Below, in pieces: positions 61,241 through 64,000 of a DNA stretch of 64,000 nucleotides. The stretch comes from Leucoraja ocellata (taxonomy: Eukaryota), in contig JAWMAR010000009.1 in assembly GCA_036785375.1 (NCBI GenBank), forward strand, positions 12,338,001 to 12,402,000, written 5' to 3'. Both the position numbers and the translations under genes were made by a program. A model generated the notes under the pieces. That model was not told where the DNA came from. It saw only the letters and a program-made list of their open reading frames with translations, and did not search any database. How positions within the stretch are numbered: the first letter of the stretch is position 1; every line of letters starts with the position of its first letter.

Positions 61241-62705
61241 AGGAAAGTATCAAACCAGCAGAACAATATGTTACACTCTCTCCAAGTCATCAGGCTAGGT
61301 GGAATTTTAACAAGAGATTAACCTCGCTTCAAGCACATACAACTGCAGAGAAGGAGGTTGGAGCAGGCTGGTAAAAATCAGAATGCAAAGAATAAGGAAA
61401 GCCATGCTTCAAAAAGCAAGCAGCCTGAGTGCACTCATTTGGATCAAGCACATGTGAAAATAGAGCCAAGATTTCATTTAAAACCTTGTTTTATATAATC
61501 AATGTATAAGAAATGTATTCTGCTATGATGCAGATAGAGACATAAGTATGGGGACTAAGCCACTTGCCCCTTCAAGCCTGGTATGCTTTTCAACAACGTC
61601 ATGGCTGATCCGTTCAACACCACATTCCTATCTATTAGCTGTAACCCTTCCCTCCTTTGCCTTAAAAAATATTCAAAGATTCTGCTTTCACTGCCCTTTG
61701 AAGAAGAGACTTCAAAAGACTGCAAAAAAAGAATTCCCCTCATCTGTTTGAGGCAGATATGATTTGGGCATTTAAGAGACATTTACATATGCACATGAAT
61801 ATGCAGGGAATGGAAGGATATGGATAAGGTAAGAGATGGTCATGGCATTATGTTCGGCACAGACAATGTGAGCCCTTGCTGCACCGTTCTATGTTCTTCC
61901 TTAAATGGACCATCCCTTATTTCTAAATAGTGATATCCGAGAAAACAGCATTTCCACATTCAACTTGTGAAGGCTACTCAGGATCTTATATATTTCAATC
62001 AACTCCCTGTTCGCTCTTCTAAAGACCATCCAACACAAGCTTAATTGTATTGTATTGTATTCAAATTTATTGTCATTGTCTCAATTTGAGACAACAAAAT
62101 GAATTTCCCTTACAGGCAGTATCATAAAAAATAAAAAAATAAAAAATAAAACACGACTAATCGTCCCTCATAAAACAACCTGCCCATTCCAAGTATTAGT
62201 CTGGCAGATCTTCTCTGAACGATTTTCTATCCTTAAATAAACAGACGTACTATTCCTGAATCCCCGATGTAACCGAGGCATAACCTCTCCCTCCTTTTGC
62301 ATTCAATTGCTCTTGCAATAAACAACATGTTGCCCAAGGGAGTTCTCTGATCACAAAATATATACTTTACTTTCAGTCATATACTGATAAGTTTGGATGC
62401 AGTTTCCTGGGAGGTGGCTTGCATGGAGATTACGTACAGGATGGAACCAGCTGAATGACTATTTCCTGCTGTGACATTCTATACACAGCTGAAAGTGAAA
62501 GAAACCCGAAAAAAAGACAGAGATGCAAGGAAATCATGAGCAACACACAGTGCTGGAGTAACTCAGTGCATCATTCAGCATCTGTGGAGGGAATGGAGGA
62601 TCTTGACCCAAAACACCTATCCATTCCCTCTACAGATGCTGCCTGACGTTCTGAGTTACTTCAGCACTATGTTTTGCCTGAAAGGAAGGATGGACACTTG
62701 TACCT

Positions 62706-62976
62706 TATGGGCCTGTCCCATTTAGGCAACTTGTTCGGCGACTGCAGGAGACTATGCAGTCGCCACATGTGCACGGGTGGTTGCCGGCGAGTCGCCTTCA
62801 TGGTCGTGAGGAGTTCCCGCATTCTGGGAACTAGTCTCGGCCTCATTATAGTCGCCGTGAATTTTTCAACATGTTTGAAAAATTAGCTGCGACTAGAATG
62901 CAGCCACTCCTTCTCCCACCCTCTTTTAAAGGACTTACCGTACATTGTGCTTTAGCCGTCTTTTTACAGCGCCAAC
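62706..62976 (+). mobile_element. Left end of a probable non-autonomous DNA transposon (Harbinger-like terminus), truncated at the CR1 junction
   Basis: Abrupt CpG-rich segment starting gggcctgtccca with repeated gtcgcc/ggcgac subterminal motifs; no partner TIR in the window. Confidence 0.45.
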
Positions 62977-64000
62977 GATGTACAAGGACACCCAGGTCTC
63001 ATTGAGCTTCCAATTTTCCTTATCTGCCACCATTCAGATAATAATCTGCCTTCCCGTTCTTGCCACCAAAGTGGATAACCTCACATTAATCCACACTACA
63101 CTGCATCTGCCATGCATCTGCCCACTCACCCAGCCTATCCAAGTCACCCTGCATCCTCATAGCATCTTCTTCACAGTTCACACTGCCACCCAGCTTTGTG
63201 TCATCTGCAAATTTGCTAATGTTACTTTTAATTCCTTTATCTAAATCATTAATATATATTGTAAATAGCTGCTGTCCCAGCACAGAGTCTTGCGCCACCC
63301 CACTAGTCACTGCCTGCCATTCTGAAAGGGACCCGATGATTCCTACTCTTTGTTTCCTGTCTGCCAACCAATTTTCTATCCATGTCAATACCTTACCCCC
63401 AATACCATTAATTTCCGTTCTAATTTTGCCCACTAATCTCCTATGTAGGACCTTATCAAAGGCTTTCTGAAAGTCCAGATACACTGCATCCGCTGGCTCT
63501 CCCTTATCCATTTTACTTGTTACATCCTCAAACAAATCCAGAAGATTAGTCAAGCAAGATTTCCCCTTCATAAATCCATGCAAACTTGGACCGATCCTGT
63601 CACTACTATCCAAATGCATCTTTAATAATTGACTCCAGCATCTTCCCCACCACTGATGTCAGGCTAACTGGTCTAATTCCCTGCTTTCTCTCCCCCTTTC
63701 TTATAAAGTGGGATAACATTAGCTACCATCCGATCCACAGGAACTGATCCAGAATCTATAAGAACATTGGAAAATGATTACCAATGTGCCCGCAATTGCT
63801 AGAGCCACCTCCTTGAGTACCCTGGGATGCAGACTATCAGGCCCTGGGGATTTATCAGCATTCAGTCCCATCAGTCTATCCAATACCGTTTCCTGACTAA
63901 TGTGAATTTCTTTCAGTTACTCCGCCACCCTAGATCTGTCCCCTTGTACATCTGGGAGATTGTTTGTGTCTTCCTTAGTGAAGACAGAACCAAATTACCT
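62977..64000 (-). mobile_element. CR1-clade LINE ORF2 RT fragment (runs off the window end)
   Basis: ORF 63086-63619: HGFMKGKSCLTNLL, VYLDFQKAFDKV, WIENWLADRKQRVG, VTSGVAQ.SVLG, SKFADDTKLGG, WQMQ. Confidence 0.93.

Noticed and set aside
50200-64000. Further upstream NSF exon (...VWIGIKKLLMLIEMSLQ)
   Set aside because: Not found on the minus strand by eye; donor-like sites near 54983, 56348 and 60435 give no NSF-like peptide. It probably lies beyond the window.

Overview
Vertebrate genomic DNA, very likely a cartilaginous fish (skate/ray-like, inferred from HE1/V-SINE, CR1/HER1-tail, DeuSINE and Penelope-derived repeats; the species cannot be fixed from sequence alone). The + strand carries WNT3 coding exons 2-4 (6100-6341, 27275-27540, 36442-36921); exon 1 lies upstream of the window. 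The - strand carries the 3' end of NSF: a 56-nt penultimate exon at 50101-50156 that the ORF track misses, and a terminal exon ending near 47650, so the two genes are tail-to-tail. The rest is intronic or intergenic and rich in mobile DNA: a near-complete Passport-like Tc1 (DD34E, IR/DR) element, a young L2 fragment, CR1 fragments, Gypsy and Harbinger relics, and many SINEs. The most unusual signals are (i) a 141-bp TSD-flanked retroelement that begins exactly at a minimal HDV-like ribozyme fold, (ii) Penelope-derived, hammerhead-associated palindromic insertions with 12-16-bp TSDs, and (iii) an NSF terminal acceptor behind a 173-nt AG-free zone that predicts an atypical C-terminal tail. Boundaries of degraded repeats are approximate, and family names rest on motif recognition, not database searches.
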